The notes beneath the pieces were generated by a model. It ran no database searches and was not told the DNA's origin. It saw only the letters and a list, made by a program, of their open reading frames with translations. From positions 10,478,001-10,542,000 of the forward strand of contig JBHGNT010000007.1 in the NCBI GenBank assembly GCA_043228905.1: DNA of 64,000 nt, in the 5' to 3' direction. How positions within the stretch are numbered: position 1 is the first letter of the stretch; each line of letters opens with the position of its first letter. Below are positions 1 to 11,628 of the stretch, in pieces. The translations under genes and the position numbers were made by a program. Source of the DNA: Azolla caroliniana. Lineage: Eukaryota; Plantae; Polypodiophyta.

Positions 1-1380
1 GCATTGTACTTTTTGTGTCCACTTGAATTAGGCTTTGCATGACCCAACAAATAAACATCAATGTGTTGGCTTTTTAGTACTAACATTGTTCATTACTAGA
101 TGAAATATGCATGTCCAGGTGGATCAATACTATATTTGTAATTTTGGACTTATGTTATAATATGTACTCTTATAATATGAATGTTGTAGTTTCTAGCAAC
201 ACCACACCAGGGAAGGTAATTGACAAACCAGGCCCCGCGATACTATGTACAGAGTCTACAACAAATTCCAAAGTGCACAGTCATTCCTTAGTGGTACCTG
301 ATGAAGTTTATGATGAAGATGAATGTATGAGAAAGGCCATTGGAACAGTTGAAGATGTGATGCTTGAAACAAAATCTCCTAGCTCAGCACGCCCTAACTG
401 TGTGAATGGTAATGCTAACTATGTTTGCCTTTCTAATTTCTGAAATGTTGGTATACTACTAATTTATTATGTTTCTATCAAAGAGCCTACGAAGAAGCGT
501 AATGCTACAAGGAAATTGTACGGAAAGGGGAAGAAATGCAAAGTTGATTGTTATGGTGGGTAATACAAATTCTCACAAACTTGTGGTAGTTGTCATCTTG
601 ATGAGTTAGACTAATACTACATACTTTTGTTTTTAGAAAAGGAAGAAAAGAGTAATGAAAATGGAGATACAAATTCAGAGCCACAATATGAAGAAGAATT
701 TATCTCACTTCCAAGTACATGTTGGGAGCCCTCTCATATAATTGTTATTTTGACCATATTACTTCACGTGACAATAATGTACAAGTGTATTAATACATAG
801 AGAGAGTTGTGAAATATTGGCATGATGAAGAGCCCCAACTTGAAACTGGGACCATCCCAAGCAACAATGACGATGTAACAGTAGGTAAACATTTGGCTAG
901 GTGCCTTCACTTTTTCCGAATGTGAATTGATATTGTTCTTGCATCACTTTACTGCTATTTAGGAGTAGAAGAGCATGTAGATTCACAAATACCATCAGAT
1001 GATTCAGGCAGTTTATGGAGCAATCTTGATTATTCAGGCTCAGATGCTACCACACATGGGGAATGTGAGATCACCCAAAAAGAGGAGCTGGAGTGGACAA
1101 AGCATGAGGTGACAAGCAACTTTGCAATGGAGGCTGCAGAGAATGGGAAATTGACCCCAAGGAGAGGATCATGGTTGTACAAAGAATGAGGTGTGTCCAA
1201 AACACCACAAGCAGCCTTAACCTAAGGCAAGGTTGTATCGTTAAGGAGACCCCCGCAACTACCCAAGAAGAAGGAGAGTGTGGTACTACAAATGAGGTGT
1301 CTTTCCAAAATACTACAAGTAGCTTGCACTTGGAGCAAGTGTCTAACTTGATCAACGGGGAGTTTGCAATGAAGACAAGC

Positions 1381-2386
1381 ACCCAAGATGAGGAACATGT
1401 TTGTACTCCTGATAATGTGGTAGTGGTGTCTACCCAAGATGAGGAACATGTTTGTACTCCTGATAATGTGGAAGTGGTGTCTACCCAAGATGAGGAACAT
1501 GTTTTGTTAGGAAACAGGTCCCTCCGGATGGGAAGTGAGAAGAACTGTGTTGATGAGCAACTCGGTCGAGGCCGATAGGCCGAGGCCGAAACCGGAAATC
1601 GTGGAGATAGCCAACACGGAAGGCTAAACTTGTAAATAGTCGAAAGGTTACATTAGTATATAAGTACTTAGGGGAATCATGTTACATATGTGCGTTATTG
1701 TAGAGTTACTGTGGACGAGGTTGTTGCCTCTGGGTTGCAACATGGGAATGGGAACAATTAGTTATGTCCTTGACATAGCTAATTAGCTATCTAAAAAGCT
1801 ACATGTAATCTGTATATTTTGGCAATTTTAGGGATGATTAGAATTTGAACTCAAATAAAGACTAGCTAAACGGTGGAACATAAATGGTAATATTTCCATC
1901 CCCATCATAAATGATACATATCTTTAAGATCTTCCTACGAAAAATTAGCTATAAAAAAAACTATTTAGCTATGGTCAATTTACCAGCTAAATAGCTATAA
2001 TAGTGTTTCCATTCGCATGCTTTCACCCCTCTGTAACAGTGAGAATGAACGAATGTGAGTGGAAGCGTGTGAGCTCCATAACCACCTGTTGGCGAAGCAA
2101 GATCTCGAGGTCGTTGCCTCTGAGATCTCTGATTGTATTCTTTTCTCTCATAGTGTTCTGTTTCGGAGTTTGTGGACTCCACGTGGTTTTTTCCCAGTTC
2201 AAGTTTCCACGTTAAAATCAGTGTCATTCTTAGTTCTGTATTCTGTTTTTCCTTTCCATTAGATTGACTATTATTCCGGTTGCGGCCGGCAACGATTTTA
2301 ACTTCATGTTTGTACTCCTGATAATGTGGTAGTGGTGTCTACCCAAGATGAGGAACATGTTTGTACTCCTAATAATGTGGTAGTGG
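1381..2386 (+). repeat. 51-bp coding minisatellite (TQDEEHVCTPDNVVVVS), ~4 units, third unit split by the solo LTR
   Basis: acccaagatgaggaacatgtttgtactcctgataatgtggtagtggtgtct at 1381, 1432, 1483 (split) and 2341. Confidence 0.9.
1505..2306 (+). mobile_element. Solo LTR (802 bp), related to the Tnt1/Tork-like copia LTRs in this window
   Basis: TG...CA ends; TSD TGTTT at 1500-1504 and 2307-2311. 3' part (ttggcgaag...ctcgaggtcgttgcctctgag...gtggtttt...ttccacgt) matches LTRs at 31588-32145, 6904-7607 and 52405-52916. Confidence 0.9.
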
Positions 2387-2523
2387 AGCCGAGAAAATTG
2401 AAGAATGACACGTCCAATGACCTCCAGGAGATTTCTGGTAAGACTATTGACCGCATCTTCTTGGAAGTGTGTGCATCTCAGGCAGTTGCAACAGAGCACA
2501 CTGTTTCCTCATGCTTGGCTTCA

Positions 2524-3225
2524 CCCTCCGATGATGAATTGCCACTAAGTAGTTTACTACCTCGTGGTTTTAAGATGAAGAAGGGTGTGAAATCTGAGAA
2601 GAATGAAACCAAAAATAAGTGCATTACAAGATCCAGAAAAAACTAAAACCAAAGTTTATTGTATTTTGATGGTTGTATGTAATTGATTACTGAATGTAAA
2701 GTTATTGATTACCTGCTTCTTGACACTAATGGGGTTTACATATCCAGGATGTGAATTGGATGCAAAGTTATTGATAGGAGTGCCCTCATCTTGATACAGT
2801 TTTAATTTACTTGTTATGCACACATGTGATGGTGAGAATGTAAAGTCATGAGTGGAATGAACACTCCTATCTTAGATATGTCTAGATTAGTAAACACTTA
2901 ACATAGTTTAAGTACTAACTTGATATGCATTGTAGCTAATTTACTACTGCCTCGTGCCACATAGTAGTCTACTACCTCCGATGATGAAGTGCCACTCAGT
3001 ACCTAGATAAGTTTATTGTATCTGGGGGGTTGTTTGTAATTGATAAGAATGTTAAGTTATTGATTACCCTCATCGTGACATTGTTCTGGTTTACTTGTTA
3101 TGCACACATGTGACAGTGAGAAGATGAGTGATGAGTGGAATGAACACTCTTATCTTACATATGTCTACGTTAGCAAACTCTTAACACAAATTTAGTACTA
3201 ACTTGATATGCATTCTACTAACTTC
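2524..3225. repeat. Degenerate direct duplication of the 3' end/UTR of the acidic ORF
   Basis: Blocks cctccgatgatgaa.tgccact, aagtttattgtat, ttacttgttatgcacacatgtga and gagtggaatgaacactc occur in the same order at ~2524-2945 and ~2975-3225. Confidence 0.7.
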
Positions 3226-3983
3226 AATACATATGAACTCCTAAAGAGTTATAGGCACACATATGATACATATGAACTACTAAAGAGTTATAGGCACACA
3301 TATGAACTCCTAACTTTGATACTAACGTAGGCTCAGATACTAGCCAATGAGATTTTTTACCAAGCACTAGACACTTCATGTAAAAGAAACATACATCTCT
3401 AAAACAAAGAGGGATATTGTTAGAAAACCCAAGATGATATATTTCCTTTCACTTGTAAGTCAAAGTTTGAATACATGCAAAAGTTACATTAGACGCAACA
3501 CTTGCCATTCTAAGCATTAAAGAGGGAGACCTCCCCCAATATGTGTTCGTGTACCCCTTTGGGGACTTTGTAGACAGTGTTGTACCCCTTAACCTTGTGC
3601 TTTGCTTGAGTCATTTTGAACTTGATTGCAATAATGGTATGAACATAGATAATTGCGGTGGGTGCATCTTTTAACAATGCATATGTGTTCTTGCATTGTG
3701 GCAACTTTGCATAGTATTTGCTCTTCAGCATCCGTATCTTGACCTGGTCCCGTCCAACGATCAACATGTCGTCCACGTACAGGAGGAGTATTAGAAAGTC
3801 TCCTCCTTCGAACTTCTTCACAAACACGCAGTGATCGGACTGCGTTTTGTGGTACCCTTCGTCGGTCATGAAGGAGTCGAACTTCCGGTACCACTGCCGG
3901 GGAGCCTGCTTCAGTCCGTAAAGGCTCTTCTTCAACCGGCATACCAGGTGCTCCTTCCCTTTCTTCTCGAATCCTTCCGGTTG

Positions 3984-6872
3984 CTACATGTAGATCTCTT
4001 CTTCGAGGTCACCGTGAAGGAATGCCGTCTTCACGTCCATCTGTTCTACCTCGAGGTCCATGCTTGCCGCTATGCTCAGCACCGTCCGGATGGAGGTCAT
4101 CTTCACTACCGGGGCAAATATCTCGTCGAAGTCGACGCCCTTCTTCTGCTGGAACCCCTTCACCACGATCCTGGCTTTGTATCTCGGGGGGTTTCCGGCA
4201 TCTCCCGGTTTTAGCTTGAACACCCACTTGTTTCGAAGTGCCCGCTTTCCTTTCGGCAACTCCACAAGTTCATATGTGTGGTTCTCATGCAGGGACTCCA
4301 TCTCCTCCTGCATGGCACTTAACCACCTGCGGCTATGGGTGTCAAGCTTTGCTTCTTCAAAACTCTCCGGCTCCCCCTCGTCGGTTAGCAGCACGTGCTC
4401 TGGTTCCGGAAATCTCCGGGGGGCCCTTCTCTCTCTTAGAGGATATCTCCGTTCCGGAGCTTCGGTAACCGGCTCCTCCGTTTCCTCTTCATCCGAATCC
4501 ATTTCAGGATCGGGGCCGGTTCTGGTATCAGTTTCATCTTCCTCGGCCGGTTCTGTTTCTTCACCGTCTTCGGCCGGATCCTCGAGTGCTAACCGGTCCC
4601 TTGCCGGTCGGGACTGCTCCTCGTAGAGTTGATCCTCACCGGTCGACCTGGAGCTCTTCATCTTCTTCTCCGACTCCCAGTCGGCGAGTGTTTTGTCCTC
4701 CATGAAGATGATATCACGACTCCGAAATATCTTTTTGTCGACCGGGTCCCATACTCGGTAGCCGAACTCGTCATCGCCGTAACCGAGGAATATGCATGGC
4801 CGGGTCTTTGGATCTAGCTTTCCTCTCCGGTCCTTTGCCACATGCACATATGCGAGACACCCGAACACCTTCAGATGCCGGTAGGATACTTCCCTACCGG
4901 TCCACACTCTCTGCGGCGTGTCTCCATCCAAAGGTACTGAGGGTGATCTGTTTATCACGTATGTCGCCGTCGACATTGCCTCAGCCCAAAACCCCTTGGG
5001 TAATTTCGCATGCGCCAGCATACTCCGGACCCTCTCCATTATGGTCCGGTTCATCCTCTCGGCCAGCCCGTTCAGTTCCGGCGTCTTCGGCACAGTAAAC
5101 TCGAGCCGGATTCCCTTCGAGCGACAGAACTCCTCAAACTGCCCCCGGTATTCCCCTCCGTTATCCGCTCGTAGTGCTTTCAGCTTCTTGCCGGATTCTC
5201 TTTCCACTCTCGCGTGGAGTTCTTTGAAGACGGACAATACTTGGTCCTTTGTCTTCAACGGTGCCGTCCACAGCTTCCGGCTATGGTCATCTATGAATGT
5301 TACGAAGTACTGGGCTCCGCCATGTGACTTCGTTTCTACCTGACACACATCAGTGTGTACCAACTCCAATGGTACACTACGTCTCATCGGTGGTCTTGAG
5401 CGGAAGGAGGTCCGGTTTTGCTTACCGGCCAGACAGTCGGTACACTTCCCCAAGTGTACGTGCTTTACCGGTATCAGGTTGTCTTCGGCAAGCCTCTTCA
5501 TCCCCTTCTCACTCATGTGGCACAGTCTCTTGTGCCACAGCTCACCGGCAGTGTCAGCTGCCACGTTCAGCTCCTCCGGACATAGCCGGGAATTCATCAA
5601 GTACAGTGTGTTGACCTTCCGGGCTCGAGCCACTATCAGGCTCCCTTTGCTGAACTTCATGACACCGTTCCGGATGCTACCCGTGTAGCCTTCATCGTCT
5701 AGCCTCCCGGCCGAAATCAGGTTCAATCGAACCTCCGGAATGTGTCGAACATCCTTCAACAGCATCTTGCATCCGGTTGATGTCATCAGCCACACGTCTC
5801 CTATGCCGGCAATCCGGCATGTTCCTTCATTTCCCATCCGGACACAGCCGTGCTCACCGGCTGTGTAGGATGAGAAGTATTTCTTCTCCGGGGTCAGGTG
5901 GAACGACGCTCCGGAATCGACCACCCAGGTCATCTCTACACCGGCAAGGTTCAGCTCCCTCTCTTCGGTAATGAGCATTATCTCTTCTTCACTTGCCGCG
6001 AGTGCCGTCGTTCCTTTCCGGTCCTGTCCTCGCCGATCCGGACCTCTCCGGTCCGTGGCTCCCCGGTATGCACCGTTTCGCTCCGGTGACTTCTTCGAAT
6101 CGGTACCGTCGGTTCCGTTGTCTTTCCGAAAATGCCGACAGTTCTTCTGGAAGTGCCCCGGCTTCCCACAGTAGGAGCATGTAGGTCTTCCCCTCGACTG
6201 CGACCGTGTCCCCGACTTCTCCCGTCTTTGCGGACTCCGGTTCCGTTGTCTTCCCCGTTCCGATTCGGTAAGCAGCGCCTTCGAGTCGGAGGCCGGTTCT
6301 TTATCTCTCCGACGCGCTTCTTCATTTAGAATACTTGTCTTTACCATTAGTAAAGACAAGTTCTCTTCCTTACAGGAGGTGCTGAGAGTAACTACCAAGT
6401 TCTCCCAGCTCTCCGGAAGGGTACACATCAGCATGATGGCTTGCATTGCGTCATCCAACGGGAACTTGATCGCCGCAAGCTGGTTCACGAATCCCATGAA
6501 CGTGCTGACGTGTTCGACCATGCTCTCGCCGTCCCGGTACTTAAGATTCACTATCTTCCTCATCAAGGAGGTCCGGGTCAGAGCATTCTTCCTCTCATAC
6601 AGTCCGGACAGCTTCTGCCACATCTCATAGGCGTTGTCGTTCGCCACATGTTGCAGGACACTTACATCGACATATTGCCGGATCGTCGCTACGGCTTTCC
6701 GGTTCAGGAGCTTCCACTCCGACTCTATTACCCCCTTGGGTATCTCGGCATTGTCGATCGGTTCGTACAGGTCTCGGACGATGAGAAGGTCTTCCATCTT
6801 TATCTTCCAGTCGGCGTAGTTCTGTGAGTTCAACACCATCATGCCCGGAGGCCCACTACCGCCGCCTTCCAT
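3984..6872 (-). CDS. Copia gag-pol polyprotein (962 aa to a CAG>TAG stop); RT continues in the same frame to ~3722
   Basis: CX2CX4HX4C zinc knuckle; VDSGAS protease; WHKRLCH..C..C; DVC/DNGGEY/AER integrase; YKARIV..GF.Q, MDVKTAFLHG and LYVDDM RT motifs. Confidence 0.92.
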   Translation of the reverse strand: MEGGGSGPPGMMVLNSQNYADWKIKMEDLLIVRDLYEPIDNAEIPKGVIESEWKLLNRKAVATIRQYVDVSVLQHVANDNAYEMWQKLSGLYERKNALTRTSLMRKIVNLKYRDGESMVEHVSTFMGFVNQLAAIKFPLDDAMQAIMLMCTLPESWENLVVTLSTSCKEENLSLLMVKTSILNEEARRRDKEPASDSKALLTESERGRQRNRSPQRREKSGTRSQSRGRPTCSYCGKPGHFQKNCRHFRKDNGTDGTDSKKSPERNGAYRGATDRRGPDRRGQDRKGTTALAASEEEIMLITEERELNLAGVEMTWVVDSGASFHLTPEKKYFSSYTAGEHGCVRMGNEGTCRIAGIGDVWLMTSTGCKMLLKDVRHIPEVRLNLISAGRLDDEGYTGSIRNGVMKFSKGSLIVARARKVNTLYLMNSRLCPEELNVAADTAGELWHKRLCHMSEKGMKRLAEDNLIPVKHVHLGKCTDCLAGKQNRTSFRSRPPMRRSVPLELVHTDVCQVETKSHGGAQYFVTFIDDHSRKLWTAPLKTKDQVLSVFKELHARVERESGKKLKALRADNGGEYRGQFEEFCRSKGIRLEFTVPKTPELNGLAERMNRTIMERVRSMLAHAKLPKGFWAEAMSTATYVINRSPSVPLDGDTPQRVWTGREVSYRHLKVFGCLAYVHVAKDRRGKLDPKTRPCIFLGYGDDEFGYRVWDPVDKKIFRSRDIIFMEDKTLADWESEKKMKSSRSTGEDQLYEEQSRPARDRLALEDPAEDGEETEPAEEDETDTRTGPDPEMDSDEEETEEPVTEAPERRYPLRERRAPRRFPEPEHVLLTDEGEPESFEEAKLDTHSRRWLSAMQEEMESLHENHTYELVELPKGKRALRNKWVFKLKPGDAGNPPRYKARIVVKGFQQKKGVDFDEIFAPVVKMTSIRTVLSIAASMDLEVEQMDVKTAFLHGDLEEEIYM

Positions 6873-7384
6873 TTTCTGTGTTACCGTCGCTCTGATACCA
6901 CTTTGTTAAACACAGTGCTCGGCCACAACCGAGGAATAGGATCAACTCACAGAGAACAGGAAATACAAAATGCACGAAGACAATAGAGAGAAGAGTACAC
7001 AGGATGTTTTACGTGGAAAACCCTAAATGGGAAAAACCACGGGAGTCCTCAAACTCCAACTATCACTATAAACAGAGATGTACAATGGTGAAGCTACAAG
7101 GCAACAACCTTGAGCTCACTGTCTTCGCCACAGGCGGCGGTAATACACAGAGGCAACGACCTCTTCGTCTCTCTCTCTCTCTCTCTCTCTCGGCTGCTCA
7201 CTTAGCTCCCTCTAAGTGGAAAACCAGAAAAATGAGTAACAACATACAGCAACACTAAACAGTTTGCCCTAAGTCATATTTATACACATATGACTTTCGG
7301 GCTATTTACGAATATAGCCTCAAGGGCCCTTGGCAAACATATTCACAAATATGTCCCCGCATCTGGATCTCTCTCCGGGTACAT

Positions 7385-7530
7385 TCGTCATCCGGCTCCG
7401 TAGCCGGGGTCTTCATCATCCAGCTCCGTAGCCGGGGTCTTCATCATCCGGCTCCGTAGCCGGGGTCTTCATCATCCGGATCCGTAGCCGGGTACTCTTC
7501 ATCCGGCTTCATGCCAGGTACTCTTCATCC
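7385..7530. repeat. 28-bp tandem repeat in the U3 of the A1 LTR; each unit has a CCGGCT-ccgt-AGCCGG hairpin
   Basis: tcatccggctccgtagccggggtcttca at 7388, 7416, 7444 and 7472, then degenerate copies. Confidence 0.85.
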
Positions 7531-7873
7531 TCCGGTTCCGTAACCGCAACCGGGCTTGCCGTCATTCATCTCCGGACATCCCATCCGGAGGGACCGAAAT
7601 CCCAACATTTGCCATACACGACACACTCACCAACATTGAACATGTTGCCCCGGCCATCCCTCATGACTTCTTCCAATATTGTATTTCCTTGCTTGCACAC
7701 CACAATGTAGTAGTCTTCAAATTCTTTATTTTGAGGAGATTTGAGCACTGCAAAATGATCTCTAACTTCCAATAATATTGCCAAGTCCTCACACTGGTTG
7801 TAGTATTCAATATTGTCTAAATGTTCGTTTTCTTGGATATTCACACTGTGTTCTATCTCTAGCTTTTGTAGCT

Positions 7874-8158
7874 TCCATGGCTCCACAATTGATAGATTGG
7901 TGCATTCATCCCACGCTTCATCTAAACACATGGAACAAAAGCACAATAAACTGCGGAATAACAATTGTGTTGTGTCCTTGCAACTAAACCCTAAAACACA
8001 ATGGGTCTTGCGCGTCCATGGCTCCACAATTGATAGATTGGTGCATTCATCCCACGCTTCATCTAAACACATGGAACAAAAGCACAATAAACTGCGGAAT
8101 AACAATTGTGTTGTGTCCTTGCAACTAAACCCTAAAACACAATGGGTCTTGCGCGTCC
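7874..8158 (-). repeat. 141-bp in-frame tandem duplication (47 aa) in the transposase C-terminal Cys cluster
   Basis: Copies start at 7874 and 8015 and look identical; TCC microhomology at the junctions. Confidence 0.92.
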
Positions 8159-8499
8159 CTTTCACGGTTTTACAACTGTATGCTTTACTGCTATCCACCT
8201 CATTAGCACGAACCTCAATAAACAATCTATTCTTACCATCATTTGAAATCTTCCATGTGAGCCACTCCACAACATCATGTGCATTTTGTAGGTTAGCACC
8301 TTTATTATCCAACTGCTCCGATGTAAGAACACGCTTGATCACAACCCCCGCGCCATCGTGCTCTCCCTTTCCATGTCTAGACCCGAAGTAGTTCCATTGC
8401 ATCCTAATGTTTGTCAATGAGAAGTATTTGGGTGTTTTGCATGACAGTTAGCCAACAAACATAATTAATTGCATGACTTAAACCATAATTATTACTTAT

Positions 8500-9670
8500 G
8501 CATGAGTGAACAATACTAATATTTGAATCAGTACAAATGAACAAGAGAGGATAGTACTAAGTTATTGATTAGTACTAATGCATGAGAGAGGATAGTACTA
8601 AGTTGGAGATTAGTAGTAATAGACGAGAGAGGGAAGTGGTAAGTTATTAATTAGTACTAATGCACGAGAAAGGATAGTATTAAGTTGGAAATTAGTACTA
8701 ATAGACAAGAGAGGGGAGTGGTAAGTTACTAATAAGTACTAATGCATGAGAGAGAACAACCATAAGTTATAAGTTGGTTGTAATGAACAAAGTTGGAGAG
8801 TACTAAGTTATTAATTAGTACTAATGCATGACAGAGGACATTCCTAAGTTATAAGTTGGTCTTAATGAACAAAGTTGGAAAGTACTAAGTTATTAATTAG
8901 TACTAATGCATGACAGAGGACAATCCTAAGTTATAAGTTGGTCTTAATGAACAAAGTTGGACAGTACTAAGTTAATAATTAGTACTAATGAACATGGTTG
9001 GATAGTACTAAGTTAATAATTAGTATTAATGAGAGAGAACAATCCTAAGTTATAAATTAGTACTAACGAACAAAGTTGAATACAACTAAGCTATGAATTA
9101 GTACAAATATTACTGAGAGGGGGCAATGTAAGTATTAATTAGTGCTCGTGCTTGCCAGATGGCAATCCAAAGTTATAAATTAGTACTAATGAACGAAAGA
9201 GGATAGTATTACGTTATTCATTAGTACTAATGCACAAGAGAGGGTAGTGTTGAGATATAAATTAGTACTCGTGCCAATGAAGGAATACAATCCTAAGTTA
9301 TAAATTAGTACTTGTGCATGTGAGATCTGAGTACTTAGTTGTAAACCATTGTCAGTACTTGTGCATGTGCACCTTTGGGGACAATACTATGTTGTAAATT
9401 ACAGATACATTACAAGGCCTCAACCTTAATTAGTACTTGTACACGTAGGACGACAATACTAACCTGTAAGTTAAGTTTACTTAACATGGTTATTACCATA
9501 ATCAGTACTAGTGAATATAGGAGGAGAGAACTAAATGGCCAATCAGTTCAGATTCACATTCCAAGACAGTATTGGTGCATGTAGCTGGAGAATTACTAAT
9601 TCAGTATTTTATACGAACATTTATAAGTACTATGGAGTATTACCAAAATAGACTTCCATTTATAAGTACC
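8500..9670. repeat. Degenerate AGTACT/TTAGTACTAA-rich satellite-like array inside the transposase intron
   Basis: Recurrent attagtactaatgcatga.agagga.a..ctaagtt units of variable length. Confidence 0.8.
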
Positions 9671-11628
9671 AAACATATGGATTATTTCCTCACCTTGCAA
9701 TGAAGTAGAAGGACCGGGTCACCTTAAATTGCGAGGCAACACCATCAGACCAAACCCAATGCCGATGAAAGTTAACACCCAAGGACAATAAATCTGCATG
9801 GTGAAGCTTAAAACAATGTTGAACAAATAGCGTATCATGCTTTTTATCATCTGAAATGTAGAATATTGATTTCTTATTGATTTCTCCAGTAGCAAATATG
9901 TACAAGTATTGTACATTGGTCATTGTACCAATGCATTGATTGAACCTCATTTTGAACGTTAAACATATAGTTCTCTGCAAAGTCAATAACAGATACTATA
10001 ACATTTGGTGGTAAGTTATTTATACATTCCTTGAAATGTGAATTTTGCCAATAACTCCTAAAGTTATGTGGAATGAACTCCTTGAGTTGGTTCTTAAACT
10101 CTGAGACAAGGGTAGCAACACATGTCTCCTTATATACTTCCTTGATACGCTTACTAACAAGACCCTTACCTATATTTTCCATCACATACTCTAAATATTT
10201 CCATTACACAATATGATAGTTATCTACATCAAGCTCCTGTCTATAAAATGGTGGTTGTGGGCAAACTTTACATGTTCTTAGAAGACATGTACGATTATGC
10301 CACTCAGATGATGGTTGCTTTTCACAAACAAAAGACCTCCATAACTTAGAAACCGATGCATAGTCATGTTTCGCGCATTACATCTATTATCACTCCTATT
10401 TGGTCTACATACCTCACAAGTGCAAACACACCCATCCCCGTGTATACCCTTAGAATCAGTACGGTGTTCAGGACAAACCTTAACATGTCCATTTTAATGT
10501 GTTACACACAACAACATGTGTTCCTCTCTTTTAACTTTCTAACAAAAAACGATTTCAAACCTTGGAACTTGTGAAATCCAAGATTGATGTTAGCATGTTG
10601 GTCTTTGAAGTTCATGAACAATTCCACCTACATCACTCAATAAATAACAAACGTTTATAGAATCCTTTAGTAAAAAAATATATTTAGAAACAAATAGATA
10701 AAAACAAAAGAATTACCTCAATCATCTCCAAGAAGTGTCTTGGGTGAATCTGGTACCTACCCCCCCCCTTATACGTTGTCTACATACATCTTTTTTATTT
10801 GGTGAGACACGAGTGTTTTTTGTCTAAAAGGAATCCACTTTCTCAATAATCTTATGAGACAAGGCATCACATCCTCGTCTACGGCCTAACCCCAACCACT
10901 TAAATTGATTTGACAGTATATTTGTCTGATGCTTCCTCAAGTTTCTTCTTTGAATAACAAGGGCTAAGGCAACTTTAGTATCACTATTTATTTTTTCTTG
11001 TACCATTTACAACCATGTGAAGGGCTGCTCTCTTTGCACCAAGCTTATCTATGCTCTCTACCCCTTTCACTAAGTGTAGAGATGACATCATAGACTCTAC
11101 AATCTCCTCTGAAACACATTGGTCCCTAAACTTAATATTCTCCATGCACTCATTCAAAAGTTGATGGTGTAACACTCTAGAGATAATATCCCTACCATCT
11201 TCCTTGGTAAATCTCTCAATTACTTCTAGTAAATAACGAACTATGTGAAGAATCACTTGTCTCTTGCTCCTCTCAAACATAGAATTGCTACATGACAACT
11301 CACTCTCCTTCACATCTACCATTGCCACTCTCATGTATTCCAGCACCTAATTTCTTCAAGTTATTTCAGTACCTAATTAATCAAAATAAATTCTTAATAC
11401 ATCGTAGAATAAACGTACTTAATATGTCAATGCAAACCACATCAACCCGTTTTCGAATAAACATGTACGTTAATACCACACACATATATTCCTTTAACAA
11501 AACAATACAGTACTAAGAAAGACAACCATACCAATAGGCTAATATAAAAGTCAAGTTTTAGGTGTTATCCACATGTGCCTAACATCATTGGTAGAAGATT
11601 ATCATTCTATTAAGTTTTAGGCTTACAC

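Larger units (their letters stand above)
197..2646 (+). pseudogene. Spliced, low-complexity acidic ORF of unknown function (begins upstream of window); possibly an accessory gene of the DNA transposon; interrupted by a solo LTR
   Basis: Short purine-rich blocks separated by AT-rich GT..AG introns (e.g. ttctag|caac ~196, aatg|gtaatg ~408, tttag|aaaagg ~636, tag|gtaaac ~884, tttag|gag ~962). ORFs 1171-1504 and 2307-2646 rejoin across the solo LTR; stop at 2646. Exon limits approximate. Confidence 0.4.
3722..7607 (-). mobile_element. Ty1/copia (Tnt1/Tork-like) element A1: 5' LTR, gag-PR-INT and partial RT; 3' end and 3' LTR absent
   Basis: LTR 6904-7607; PBS tggtatcagagc (tRNA-iMet) 6889-6900; flanking direct repeat TTTGC at 3717-3721 and 7608-7612. 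Confidence 0.93.
3510..11346 (-). pseudogene. Intron-containing DNA transposase pseudogene, Sola2-like (family assignment tentative); interrupted by a copia insertion
   Basis: Coding blocks ~11346-10717, 10627-9694, ~8427-7608 and 3716-3510. Motifs: RNTCCCxxH, IDFAENY..QNEVQSMHW, SDDKKHD, WSDGVASQFK, WNYFGSRHGKGEHDGAG.VIKR, CFCSMC. Introns 10716-10628 (GT..AG) and 9693-~8428 (acceptor appears mutated). Stops and frameshifts present. VYGK|YYAK rejoins across the copia insertion. Confidence 0.75.

Noticed and set aside
1835-1900. B-box-like GAGTTCAAATTC on the minus strand of the solo LTR
   Set aside because: No matching A box or T-arm stem found; probably chance.
1381-2386. Regularly spaced 51-bp repeats as a possible array
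   Set aside because: A coding minisatellite without spacers; the one gap is a solo LTR with a TSD.
4009-6827. Many antisense and alternate-frame ORFs over retroelement coding regions (also 12-43 kb)
   Set aside because: Shadow ORFs of GC-rich gag-pol with no recognisable motifs.
7385-7530. 28-bp palindromic repeats resembling CRISPR repeats
   Set aside because: Units are directly tandem with no unique spacers, lie inside a copia LTR, and there are no cas genes.
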